From NCBI RefSeq assembly GCF_009914755.1, contig NC_060930.1: DNA of 64,000 nt; one strand, given 5' to 3'. Under the pieces are notes generated by a model. It saw only the letters and a list, made by a program, of their open reading frames with translations, was not told the origin of the DNA and searched no databases. Position 1 is the stretch's first letter. Each line of letters begins with the position of its first letter. The DNA comes from the human T2T-CHM13v2.0 reference genome, Homo sapiens. This document shows positions 40,136-53,229 of the stretch, piece after piece. Position numbers and translations under genes: made by a program.

Positions 40136-43100
40136 GCTTATACCCAACACTTGATCATTTGCAGGTGAGACAGTCACATTGTTTAACTGTTTCCTGTGCA
40201 TGGCAGGGTCTGGTAAGGGTTGGGGCCAAGAATCTCTTTGATTCTTCCCATTGCCTTCTTCTGGCTTCTGGCACAGGTCTACAATATAGTAGGTTCTCAA
40301 AACCAGAACATAGATCTTTTAAGGTGGAGTGATTTCACTGGCACTTTTCCTGACAATGATTTTGTCAGCAATCTCTTCCTTCTGGTCTGCCTGTCTGCCT
40401 CTCTTTTTATGCTTGTCTCATCCTTAAGAGCAAAGAATGGCATTTTTCCTGCTCACTCTTCTCAGCTCATAAACAAATGGCTTCCTCTCTACTCCAGCCC
40501 TCGTGCAGTGGTGCTAACCGAACGGAGGCTGTCCACAACGGTGCTGGGTCCTCTCGCCTGCTCACTCCCAGGCACCCAGGCACTCGGTGCCCATTCTCAT
40601 CAAGGACTGTGGATCTTTTGGTTCCCCCCCTAGGGGTTCTTGCCCTTCAGGACTTTGGTGGGCTATGTTCCACATTCATTTACTCACCCACTCATTCAGC
40701 ACCTAGTTCCTTAGTGCCTTCTGTGTGCCAGGCACTGTTATGTAAACTCACTGTTGTATGTCTTGTCTCCCCACCTACATTGAAAGCTCCCCGACGGCAA
40801 CGATTATCTGCTACGATTATTTAATTGTCACCAGAGAATCTAACACTGTGTTCAGAAAGTGAAAAATATTTACCTGACTGAAAGGAGAAGGAGAAAAGGA
40901 ATAAAGCAGAAAGCTTCAGTTTTCATTCGATTATTCTCTCCGCTGTGGTTTGACTAGAGATGGCGTAAAAAGATAAGGCAAAACTTTGACTCTAGCAGAC
41001 TGAGTACAGCCTTCATTTTTTTTTTTTTCTGGGCCTCTGTCCAGACCAAATGAGACAGTGACGTATGTGAAAACATTCTTTACGTTGCAGAATATTTTAC
41101 AAATATGAAGTGTCATCATCATCACGATATGCGTCACCCATACCGTACTGTGAAAAGTTTGATTCCAAACAATAAGCAACCAAATCACCCCATTTTGCAA
41201 GCTCCTGCAACCAGCAGCATAATACAGCCAGAAAAAAAAGCTGACAGCCTGACAAAACCCAAATGGAAAATTAAAATGAGCAAGAACAGCCACACACCCA
41301 AAGAGAGAGCAAACCCGCACTGCTTGGAGGAGGAAATCCTCTAATTGCCTCCACACTCCTGCTCGCTTCCATCTGCTTGCATTTAAGGAAACCCAACTAC
41401 TGGGCTCCTCGCAGCTGTAGAGAAAAAGATAGGCATCCTAAATGCCTGGATGGCTGCAGCAGGCAGGGACCGACAAGAGGACAGAAGATCCACAGGCAAG
41501 GCTCAACAGCACATCTAAAAACAAATTTAATGTGTGTTATGCAAAATGGCAAACCAGCTCTCCTGGCTGTGAGGTCACATGAAATAATAACGGAACTCCT
41601 TCTCAGGAGAAAGGCAGCAGTGGCATGTGTGGGCAGGAATGCTGCAGCGCGCTCCTCACACAAAGAAGCCCATGGGCCTCCCCCCAAGCTGGGAGTTGCA
41701 CGGAGCCCAGGCTGCAATTAGGTTTCTTGTGGGGAAGTGACTGGAGACATAGGCACCCATGTTCCTCACTGTGGGGTAACTAAATCGCCTTTGGCAAAAC
41801 TTCTTAAGTGCAATTATAGTTTTTAGAAATGCCAACCTTTTGATTCCAGTCTCACTTTGACCATTTCTCCCCTGCTCTTCCTATCTGAATCTCACCAGTC
41901 CCATTCTCCAGTCTGCCCTCGGCCTTCTCCCTTTCTGGACTGCTGACCACCTATGCTCAGGACCTTACTGTGCCTCCATAATCAGAGGGATCCCCTAAGG
42001 TGCAACCAAATTGTATAATTTAAAAAACTCCACATCTTGGAGAGCAGGCAGTTCATTGTGAGATGATGAAACTGTGGTGCAGAGATGCAAAGACACAAGA
42101 TGTGTTCACATCACCAGCCAGTGGCAGGGACAGGGCCTGACAGCAGATATCTACAACTCAACATACAAAATACAGAAAAAGGACACTAGCACTTGGTGGC
42201 ACTTGTTACAAGCCAGAGACTAGGCAGGGAGCCTTCACATTCTTTATCTGAGTCCAAACCTGACATTAATCCTGTGAGCTGGACTAAGAAGTTAAGCCAC
42301 TTTCCCAAAATCTTGCAGCCAGTAATGATGCCGATGAGATTCATTCCCAGGTCTGATTGCAAAGCCTGTTCTTCCTTCTAGCCTGTACTGCCAAAAGATT
42401 TCAGGGTGAAGGAAGCTGATGGAGTAGTTAACTCATGAGATGGGTTCCTCTTTGTGGCTGTATACCTGCTCGTGGTCTAGTGAAAGGAGAACAGTTAATG
42501 AATGGTATGAATGGCAGTGCACTGGAATTCTGGAAGATGAAGCTGGAAATCAGTAGGAAAGGTTGTTATTGAAAATGCCTTGGTTTCCTGGTGTGACCAT
42601 AGTTTTATAATTTGTGGGGACCCTGGAAGATTCTAGAGAGGTGGGCTTTGTATCTCCAAGTGGCTCCCTCCTCCACAGCAGTCTAAAACCAGAAGGGCAG
42701 AGCCTTCCGGGGCGACAACCACTTGGCTTCAAGCACTGAAGGGTGGAGTGGATGCTGCCATGGCAGGCAAGCTTAGGAGGAAGAACAGTGGCTGCTGGGA
42801 CCTCCAGGACGCTCTGCAGGGTTGTGAAAGGGGGCTGCTAGCTGCTTGCCCAGGGTCTCCTTGTACTTTTAGCAAAAAAAATGCTCTCGAGAATCCCCTG
42901 GACAGGCTATCTGCATCCAATCATCATTCCCAATGCTGAGACTGCTCAGCAATCCCTGGTCAGCTCACCGTCAAAGCAGGACCTGCATTACATCATGGAG
43001 GAGTGTGGGTGGCTCGATGTTTTTTATGTGAAGAAATTGGTTATGCCCTTCCGTGAGAAGGAACAGCTTCAACACGTAGGCTGTGTGTATGCAAAATGTT

Positions 43101-43353
43101 CCTTTGGGTAAATGGTAAAAAGAAATCATCATGGAATCCTATCTAAGTGGCTTGAACTGGAAAAAATAACTTGTTCATTTTATCTGGCTCTGGCTTTCCA
43201 CGAGCAGCAGCGGTGAGGAAGCTTCCTGAGCTGTTGGCCACAGCTGGGGGCCACCCTGGGAGAGGCTTTGCTTCTGCATCTGGTTTTCTCAGTTCCCTAA
43301 GACCTCACCAGTTAATGCTCATTACTTATACCTCTAAGTAATGTCTATTTTAT

Positions 43354-44425
43354 TGTAAACGATAATAAAATTCTAAGCCCCCCAAGTGACTAAGTGGACC
43401 CTCCTCTTGACCATGGGGATCCAAAGAAACCTGGAAAACTAGTTCAGGCCATGAAGGGAAGGTGGGGGTCAGATATGCCTTGTTATACCCTCCTCCCTTT
43501 GGAGTTCAGGCACAACTGGCTGGCATGAACATTAAAACAGAGACCCTAAGGCTGACAGAACAGACTCTTATAGCAATATGATACTAACTCCAACCTGACA
43601 CTAGCATAACATCACATGACAGATAACAGGCCCTAAAAGGAAATCAAAGTATTTTACCCTAACATATATTTCCTTGATGTATTTTGAAATGGCCCTGCAA
43701 AGCTGTGTCTCTTGTGGGGGAAGTTTGCATGCAGGGGTGTCCAACCTTTTGTCTTCCCTGGGCCACACTGGAAGAACTGCCTTGGGCCACACATAAAATA
43801 TACTAATGATAGGTGACGAGCTTAAAAAAAAAAAAAGTCCTTGCATAATTTTTGTGATATCTGCCACCTGCCACCACAGGTAGCTAAAAAAGTCCTCGCA
43901 TTCAAATGGCTGGACACGGGTGAGAATCTCCTTCCCTTACTAGGTCTCTTCTGTGACTCTGACTCCTTTGATAAGAGACATTTACATTTATGCTCTCCAA
44001 AGCCTTCTTCTTGGAGGTTTCATCCACATGACAAGAATCTTTATCTTTCAGGCCCCCTGACCCCACTTACCTCAACTGATTTCAACTCTTCAGGCAAAGC
44101 TTAATTCTTTGAACCGATTGTCAATCTGGAAATATTTAAATCTACCTATGACCTAGAAGTCACCCCCTCCTTCACCTCCTGGACACACACTGCCTTCGAG
44201 ATGTCCAGCCTTGCTAGCCAAACCAATGTATACCTTACCTGTGTGGGTTTCTGTCTTTGTAACTTCTGTTTCTATAAAATGTATAAAATCAAGCTGTAAC
44301 CCAGCCACCCTGGGTACCTGTTCCTCAGGACCCCCTGAAGCTATGTCATGGGTCATGTTCCTTAACCTTGGCAAAATAAACTTCTAAATTGATTGAAACC
44401 TGTCTCAGATACTTTTTGGCTTACA
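43354..44425 (+). mobile_element. MER4-family (D/E-like) ERV1 solo LTR with nested MER30B
   Basis: Starts tgtaaac...aataaaattctaagccc; tataaaatcaagctgtaacc; ends ggcaaaataaacttctaaattgattgaaacctgtctcagatactttttggcttaca. Confidence 0.88.
43732..43922 (+). mobile_element. MER30B (hAT-Charlie) nested in the MER4 LTR
   Basis: caggggtgtccaaccttttg.cttccctgggccacac...gtcctcgcattcaaa...ctggacacgggtg (imperfect TIRs). Confidence 0.85.
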
Positions 44426-44589
44426 CTTTACTATTTTTAAGGTTTACTATTTTTAAGGTCAAAATTCAACCAAGTCTCAAAGCTCTCTCTTTGGAGCGGA
44501 TATCAACAGGATAGGTATCTGAAAATAGCTTGTTTGTCTTGTCCACTGCTTGAGAGTTAAGACAAAGTTTGCTTTTGTTGGAAACCTTC

Positions 44590-44765
44590 CAACATTTTAT
44601 TGTGAACAATTTCAAACATAGTTTTCATAATTTTACACTGAATATCCATATACTTACCACCCAGCTTTAAACATTAATATTATAACATACGTGCTTTATC
44701 AAATAGCTATGCATCTATTCATGCTACAAAACTTTTAACTATACATTTTTTCATGCATTTTATTT
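44590..44765 (-). mobile_element. L1M 3' terminal fragment
   Basis: ttttattgtgaacaatttcaaacata...tgaatatccatatacttaccaccc. Confidence 0.6.
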
Positions 44766-44774
44766 TTCTGAAGT

Positions 44775-44990
44775 GTAGCTTAGGGGGAAAAGCATGCTTT
44801 TCAAACATGAGTGTGAATGCTTGCTTGAGCACTTACTAGCTGGGAGACTTTGGGCAGGTGTGTAATTTCTTAGAGCTTCAGTTTCCATTGTTATAAAATG
44901 TGGGTAACAATGCCTATGGGTGCTGTGCAGATTAAATGCAATAAGGTGTGGGAAGTGCCTTGCACACAGTCAATTCAATATGCAGTAGGA
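44775..44990 (+). mobile_element. MIR
   Basis: cacttactagctgggagactttgggcag...cttcagtttcc...gattaaatg. Confidence 0.8.
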
Positions 44991-46239
44991 ACACATAACC
45001 AATTTTCAGCGCTCAGGCTATGCTATCTATGAAACAAAATTGAATTGGTCAAAAATAATGACAGCAATTATCCAGCTATAGGTGAAGCAAGAATGGCAGA
45101 ATGTTGATGATCACTGTTGGAGCTGGGTGAGGTTGCAGGGAGTCCAGTAGGCTACACTGTTTACTTTCTATACATTTGAAATTTTCCATAAAAAAAAATG
45201 AATAAAATGTTAAAAAAGAAAATTGGTCACTGGATTTTGTCAAGCAAAAAAAAAAAAAAAAAAAAAAGAAAAGAAAAAAAAAGAAAGAAAGAAAAAAGAA
45301 AAAAGCGATTTGAAATATTTAATAAGAAACCTCTGAGGAAGTAATAAGAAGTAGTGATACTGGGGTTACTGGTGCAGGGTTGGGGGCCCCACATCTCACT
45401 CTCACGGCTGTGGGGCAGCATGGGGAGGAGGAAGGACAAGCCTTGGGTATTTTGTAAAAGCTCCCCAGGTGATCTGGTTCACTCCTGAGTGAGAACTCCT
45501 GTGCCGGCAGAAAAGTGTGAAACCACACTTTCCAGCATATTAATTGTGAGAATAAGTACTTTGCATAATGCAAAGCTTGTGCCTCTAGCTAATTTGCAGG
45601 CAGATGACACAGCGTGAGAAGCCTCTGATTTAGTAGAATAAGAACTATTTGTAACCAAACAGCCTCCCTCTGTTAAGTCAGGGGTAGGTTAACCAAGGAC
45701 CTAATTAGAGTGCATTCTCCCACGTCACTTATCAACTGTCTTAACTCGTAGAGCTAAGGGGTTCCTTTAGTGCTTTCAGAATTGGGAATCTGGAGAAAGG
45801 TGGAAGAAAAAAAACCCCATGGACAATGTTAAACAGAAGTAAAAGGAAAGATGCTCTTTTAAAAAACAAAATGTCACCCTCCTGTTCTAGTTCCTGAATT
45901 CCTTCCCTTCCCTGCTGTGGCTCATTCTCTCTTGTTCCCCTTTGCTGGCAGCTGGAGGCAGGAGGGTGCTCTGATGGAACCGCTGGGTGAGAAAATATGT
46001 GTCTGGAGCCCTCTCGGTGGGGCCGAAGCAGCGTCTTTGTGGGCTGGGATCATGCGGAGGCAGCTAGAGTAGGCAGGCCAAGCTGGGCCACCGCAAGGGA
46101 GCAAGGCCATTTGCTATCCTGTGGGTTTCCTGAATGAGGCCAGGAACGAATGCTTGTAACAGAGGAGACCTGCACACAGGGTGTGTGCACACATGAGCAC
46201 ACACACTCTCAGAGGATCAGAAGAATTTTTATACCTATG

Positions 46240-46577
46240 TGTGATGGACTGAATTGTGTCCCCTCAAATGCATGTGTTGAAGCCCTAACCCCCAATGTAA
46301 CTGTATTTGGAGAAGGGGGCCTTAAAGGAGGTTGATGAAAAATAAGTTCAAAGAGGTAGGGCCCTGATCCAATAGGGCTGGTCTTCTTATAGGAAGGGGA
46401 AGAGACAGCAGGGGAACTTGCAGAGAGAAAAAGGCCATGTGGGGACACCAGAGACAGTGGCCATCTGCAAGACGAGGAGGGAGGCTCACCAGACCCTGGC
46501 CCTGCCTGCACCATGAACTTGGACTTTCAGTCTCCAGACTATGAGAAAATATGATTCTGTTGTTGAAGCCACCCAGG
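46240..46577 (+). mobile_element. MLT1A-like MaLR LTR, 3'-truncated
   Basis: tgtgatggactgaattgtgtcccctcaaa...ttggactttcagtctccagac...tgttgttgaagccaccca. Confidence 0.88.
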
Positions 46578-46659
46578 CCTTTCCCCTGACATAAATGCCC
46601 ACCTGGAAGGAACCTTTACCTATTTCTCTGGCGTGTGTTATCTATGAATATGTTCTAAG

Positions 46660-47130
46660 ACTTATTCATAACACTTCAGTTATTTTTAAGCACCTATGAT
46701 GAAAAAGACACAGTACTGGACACAGAGGTGAATTTTCTAGCCTGATGGACTAGGAAGAAGTGACACTTAAGATGAGCCTTGCTGGATAAGCAGAGACTGA
46801 CTAGAAATTAAAAAAAAAAAAAAAGATCCTTGCAGCAGATTAGACTTAGACTCTAAGCGACAGCAGGAAGGCATCCCAAGAGGTTAGAAAATGAGTGTTC
46901 AAAGCCCTCCAAGGGCACAGAGATGGTTTGGTTTTGCTACAGGATCACATTTGAAGTGAAAGAGTTAGATGTGTTAAAGAGGTGGGTTGGACAGACAGAT
47001 CATAAAAGGCCTCAGATGCCAGGTTAAGGTGTTTAGGCCTTTCTTGGGGGAATAACAGGAGCCTTGAGAAGTTCTGAAACAAGAGAATGACAAGATTGAT
47101 ATATGTGTAAAAAGGGAAAAGTGAAGAGAC
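46660..47130 (-). mobile_element. L2 fragment
   Basis: Reverse L2 body (cagatcataaaaggcctcagatgccaggttaagg). Confidence 0.65.
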
Positions 47131-47139
47131 ATGACACAG

Positions 47140-47330
47140 AGTAAGCACTTATGAGTGTCAGGCATCATGTCAGCACCACACTTCTTCTCTTTTAATCCTC
47201 AAAACAATACCATTTTGGACATGAGAAAGTTGAGTCACAGCAGGGTGGTCACTTGCCCAAGACCCCACAGCTGGTCAGCAATGGAGCTCAGATGCAAGCA
47301 CATGCCCAGTAGCAAAGTTAATGCCCTGCC
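47140..47330 (-). mobile_element. MIR
   Basis: tttaatcctcaaaacaa...cattttggacatgagaaagttgag...cacttgcccaagacc. Confidence 0.7.
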
Positions 47331-47543
47331 CTTCCTGCCATTTAACCTCAAGCTCACCTCCCACACCATCATCTATTTTCCTCCCAGTCAGAATGGCTAT
47401 CTTAACAGAGCCTGGAATGTACATTGCTTTTAGGGTTGGAAAGCAGGCAGATTAACCACAAAAAATTTCCAATGCACAGGGCACCTCTAGAAATATCATT
47501 CAGCCTTCTAAACAAAGCCATATGTAAACCAGCTCTTGCTGTC

Positions 47544-47920
47544 TATATTAGTCCATTCTCACACTGCTAATAAAGACATACATGAGACTGGATAATTTAT
47601 GAAGGACAGAGGTTAAATTGACTCACAGTTAAGCATGGCTGGGAAGGCCTCAGGAAACTTACAATCATGGCAGAAGGGGAAGCAATCACATCCTTCCTCA
47701 CGTGATGGCAGGAAGGAGAATTGCCAAGCAAAGAGGGAAAAGCCCCTTATAAAACCATCAAATCTCGTGAGAACTCACTTACTATCACGAAAACAGCAGC
47801 ACGGGGGTAACTGCCCCTAAGATTCAATTACTTCCCACCGGGTCCCTCCCATGACATGTGGGGATTATGGAAACTACAATTCAAGATGAGATCTGGGTGA
47901 TGACACAGCCAAATCATATA
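47544..47920 (-). mobile_element. THE1 (C/D-like) solo LTR, same orientation as FYN
   Basis: tattagtccattctcacactgctaataaagacata...gacacagccaaatcatat; TSD ctgtc/atgtc. Confidence 0.92.
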
Positions 47921-48425
47921 ATGTCTTTTCCTATCACAACACAGTCAAAGGGTCAAGTTGGGAATTCTCCTATTGTGTCCTACAATATCAAAGTAACCAA
48001 TGATCATAATTTACACATAAAGCTGCAAAAATATATAGGGGATATAGTTGTCCTAGGTAAGTAGCCACCCCAACATCGACTATATTTTTAATGCAATATA
48101 AACAGCTGCTCTCAAATAACCTCTGCTCCCCAAATCCAACAAGATCACCCAGTATCCAGGAAAATACAATGCTGTTTTCTGTGTCTACCTTTAAATGACA
48201 AAGTAAGTCATGCTATGATCATTTGATCTTTTGACATAGCTGCTCTTCTAAAACTTCAGGTATATTGAAAAACAAGAGTAAAAATCAGGTAAGAAAGAGT
48301 TAATTCCCTTAATATATAAAAATCAAAACATACCATGCCAGTAGAATAATTCACATTTTCTTAAATGTGCTCTCCTTCAAGGGCAAAGATTTTTGGTATT
48401 TTGGAAGCAATACTTACAAAGATAA

Positions 48426-48733
<308 letters not shown>

Positions 48734-51124
48734 CTTAGGTGCTATCTTGAAAATTACGTGTGTACTCTAAGATACAATTGTGGCTAATGGTTTGTTAGAA
48801 GAGAGACAAAACTGCTAAAAGCATCACTTCTATTCTGGCACCTACTGTGTGCCAGCACTGAGACCTGTGCTGGGACTAGATAGATCAGGATAAGCAAACT
48901 GAATCACATCAGGGGTTGTTAAAATCCCCTTAAAACTAATGAGGGTGTAAAAACTTTTTTTTGACGTTAGAATCAAATTCTGAGAGCTACTCCTTTGAAA
49001 AACAGGCAGCACACTTTTCACTTCCTTGCCTACTCACACCTCAGGAATCACGTGCTGTGGCTTTTCTATAAAATTTTCACAACACAGCCTATCTCTTCTA
49101 CCTTCAAAAAGCAGGGGGGTGGAAGTGGGAATATGTGCATGTATGTGTGTGTGCACACATGCGTGTATGTGGTTGTTGGGGATTCCTCCCTTTTTGCTCT
49201 ATAGATATACTTTTCACACTGTGGCATAATTGTTGGATATGGTTCTTATCCATTAAACAAACTCCTTCGAGGTATATGCTGTGTCTGGATGTATCTCTGT
49301 TTTCCCAGACTAGGAACAATGCCCAGCACTGTTCCTTACATGTTTACTGAATGAATGAATGATTGTTTCAACTGTGAGTTTGTCTTCAGACTCCAGAACG
49401 TTTGACAGTCAATATACTCCTCATGGTAGGGAAAGTCAAAACTTTCAAAAATTTATATGCATGTGTACAAACAGATTTCAGGACAAGCTTATTGAGGTAT
49501 AATTTGTATACAGTAAAATTCTCCCTAAGTATTGATAAGTGGATACAATTGAGTAAGAGCAGGTGGTTCCTACACACTTGCCAGGGCCCTGTTCTCCGGG
49601 ACTCCGAATGAATGGAGGGACAGTGGGGCCTGGGAACCTGGATTTTTAATATCATCTCAGGTAATTCTGGTAAAAACCCCAGGTCAAGAGTCCCTGAAGC
49701 AGATGATGCTCTGCCACTATATTTTATATTTCCTTTCCTTTTCTCATCCCCAGGCCCATCCATCACTCTCAGTCAACTATTAATATTGAGGATGAAACCA
49801 AAACATTTCTGCTCAGCACCATACTTGGAAACAAAATCTAGGTACTCAGCCACTTGGCTGGAGTCAACTATAATTTCTGGTTATTTAGCAGAAATACAGC
49901 TGCTAAATGACATTTTGAAATGAACATGAGATATCCACTTAAAGAAATGAAAAGGCTTTGAATCAGCATGGGATAAAAGGATTGTGATTTGGGGGCTCTA
50001 AGTGTGTATTACTCTAGGGAAATGGTGGGGAAAGAGAAGAAACCAAGCCACTCACAACAACACTGTTCTAATTCCAAATGCAACCCCACACCTGAAGTTT
50101 TTTAAATGGTGGATTTTAGGGGATCTGTGAATAGTGAGGTTGACATCAAGTCAAAATCCAAAGGATACAGCACTGAAGGGAATGTAAGAAAATTCATTTG
50201 TATTACAAGAGGGCTGGCTTTGCAGTGCCATCCTTCAGTTACTGAAAGATATCAAAAAACATGATCTCCTCTAGCCTTCACTTAACTGAGAATGTTGGAA
50301 GATGTGGGGTTCTGGCCTCTAATTAGTAATATGGGACAATCTTTTCCCTATTTGAATTTCAATTCTTACAGCTAAGGGTTTGTATTTTAGTAAAGTCTAT
50401 CACAACAAACTCCAGGAGTCTGTCGCCATTCTTTTGTCATTTTCTCCCCTGAGATTGTGATTATAATCTAATAATTCAAGTAGTGGGGTCAGTGGTCAGA
50501 GACTTGACATTTAGTGGAAATGGAATCTAACCTTTACTGATATTTCATTGTGAGTAATACTCAAAATGGGACTGACATATTGGGAGACTATTTGACTAGT
50601 TGGAAAAAAGAAACCTAACCACTGTTAATCAAAACAGAGGTATAACTGGTATAAAAAACAGACACAAGGCCTGCTTGTTCTGCTGTGGTCCTGGGGAGAT
50701 TACTAGCTAGTAAATATTTTATGAATCCATTGATTAAGATGGGACTTTAAGAAAGAATGAATTAAAAAAAAACACACACACCCTGGCTTTGAAAAATGCC
50801 AATGAATTACTTCTAAGAGAAAGAAAATTATGGAAACTCTGCTGTGGAGAAGTTTAAAAGTATGCTTTACACTATCATTTACAGGCAGTGTATGTTGGTC
50901 TCACCAGCTGCCAGGGCTGGTAGAAAACTGCTGAGCTAGCAGTTATGACCAAACCAAGCATCTCTCTGTAATTAGAGTTAGCTGGAGAGGGGGAGAATGG
51001 CACAAAGAGGACAGGAATATGTGGTTTTAGATGGGGGGAGGGCAAAAAAGCAGATCAAGTTTCTCTTGAGATTTAAATTAAAGAACATAGCTGGGTGTGA
51101 CCTTGGACTATGTCTTCTGTACTG

Positions 51125-51422
51125 CTGTGCTGCCCAACACCATAGCCAGTAGCCACACTGGGCACATTTCAAGTGGCTTGTACAAATTGAGATACGCTGT
51201 AAATGTAAACTACATATGAAGTTTCAAAGACTTAGTACAAAAATATCTCAATAATTTAACATACTGACTGTATGGTAAATGATAATATTTTGGACATATA
51301 TTGGGTTAAATAAAATGTAAAGTTTAATTTTACTCATTTCATTCTACTTTCTTCTAAACTGGCTTCTAGATAGCTTTAAATTGTACATGCTGCTTGACTT
51401 TGGTTTCTATTGGACAGTGCTG
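51125..51422. mobile_element. MER33 (hAT-Charlie)
   Basis: tgctgcccaa...tagccagtagccaca...tttcaaagacttagtacaaaaa...tttctattggacagtgctg. Confidence 0.85.
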
Positions 51423-51614
51423 ATTCAGACCTTTACTTCTTCACTTGTTAAATGTGGCTGATGGTGGGAAGCTGGGGTGGTTCAGATGGGAAGAAACATT
51501 GTGGGTGACAAGGTGACAGGTCAGGGTAAAGCATTATGGTGACTGCTTGTAGACTGAAAACTTTAGCTTAGGGAGTATGAAGAACAATCACAAGAGACCC
51601 AAGCTAATCAGGTC

Positions 51615-51985
51615 TGTCCTAGTTTATTTTGTGTTCTTATATATCTGTGACTGGGTAATTCATAAAGATGAGAGGTTTATTTAGCTCATCATTCTGCAGG
51701 CTGGCAAGTTCAAGTAGCATAGTGCTGGCATCTGCTCAGCTTCTCAGGAGGGCCATGTGCTGGGTCAAAACATGGCAGATATGTGTGAAGACGCCAAACC
51801 TAGGAGGGGTGTCCTCACTTTGGAAGAACCCTAACCATTCCCTCGAGATCTAATCCAGAATTGGGAGCATGAGAACTCTCTATCGTAAGAATGGCATCCA
51901 GCTGCCCATGACCCAAATACCTCCCAACACCGCCACAGTGGGGATCAAATTTCAGCATGAGATTTGGTGGGAACAAACCATAGCA
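51615..51985 (-). mobile_element. MST (C-like) MaLR solo LTR, same orientation as FYN, inserted in a MIR
   Basis: gactgggtaattcataaaga...ggggatcaaatttcagcatgagatttggtgggaacaaaccatagca; TSD aggtc/aggtt. Confidence 0.82.
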
Positions 51986-53229
51986 AGGTTTACCTGGGTC
52001 CTCCTCAACCTCTCTGTGCTTCAGGCGGTTAAAGTGTAAAATGAGAGGCAGGACCAAATTCTTGCATGATGAAGTAAGTCTAGAGAAGCTCTTTACCTGC
52101 ACCATTCCCGGTCACTCCAAACTCAAGAATAATTCTGGTAAAAACAAGTAGAATGACCAACAGAGATCTTTAGCCTCTGCCTGGACCCATCTGGAGAGTC
52201 ACTGCTATTTATCTGTTAGTTCTGCTTCAGTCCCTCTCAGGGACTGAGCTGACAGAGTTCCTGTGACATGTTAACACAGTTAAAGACACAAAGAACAAAG
52301 AGTGCAAGATGGGAACAACAGATGTCACACCCTTCTTAAGGAGTCAGAAAAATTCAAAACAGCAAAATCCTACAGATGATATGTAGAAGGAAATGTATTT
52401 GTTTTCCTTTAAACTTACATATGAAATACCTACTATTGTAATGTTAACCTACCAATTAAAAAATCCAAGATTTTATAATAACACCTTAACCTATTAAGTA
52501 ATCCAGTTAAATAACACTTCTATGAAACCCAACTTTCCCCCTCTTCAAAAAATCAAACATCCCCCAAATCAAAACACTATCACTTCCCAAGCATATTAAT
52601 TTCTGTGTAAAAGAGGATGTTAAAAACAAACATACAAACAAATGACAATGAAATTCCATTTATAAACAAAGCCTTGGCCTACCCAAGGCTGCCTCAGACA
52701 GCAGTAATGCTGGTGCTGAAAACTGGCAACTGGGCTGGTGAGTTCCGTGTATCTGAATTAGTCACCGCCATTGAAAAGTCGGAATGGTTAACATAAAGAT
52801 CCCGGTTTCCAGTCAGGCATGGCTCGTCTGAGGTCCAGCAGTACCTGCCCTTTAGAGGTGCATAGCTTGTGCTTCTCCAGCTGCAGTCTCCTGGCTGACT
52901 TTCCTTGTTTAGGGACCTACTCAGTCAGGCAGGCACTTGTGGCCTGAGGCAAGAACTGTAGTAGTGGGGGCAGGGATGGGGGGCATGGCCAGAAGGGATG
53001 AGAGGGAACATGGAATTGTTGAAAAATCCTAGCTCTAAACCTGACAGATATGGCTTGATCTTACTCTCCCATAGAGTCTGGGTGACCTTGGGCAAGTCAC
53101 TTCACTAGTCTAAGCTGTAATGTGGGAAGAAAGTGAAAAATGTTCTACACATGAGGAGCCTGTGTGGTACCTAGCATGTAGTAAATGCTTTGCTAAAGTT
53201 ATTCCTTCTTAACCCAAGGGCAAGAAAAA

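Noticed and set aside
45246-45304. Orphan A-rich tract (and T26 at 60210-60235) as a retrocopy tail
   Set aside because: No TSD or recognisable upstream body; mononucleotide expansion suffices.
49130-49172. Alternating purine-pyrimidine stretch with TGTGTGCACACA palindrome (similar near 46180 and 35815-35855)
   Set aside because: Short degenerate microsatellites expected by chance in 64 kb.
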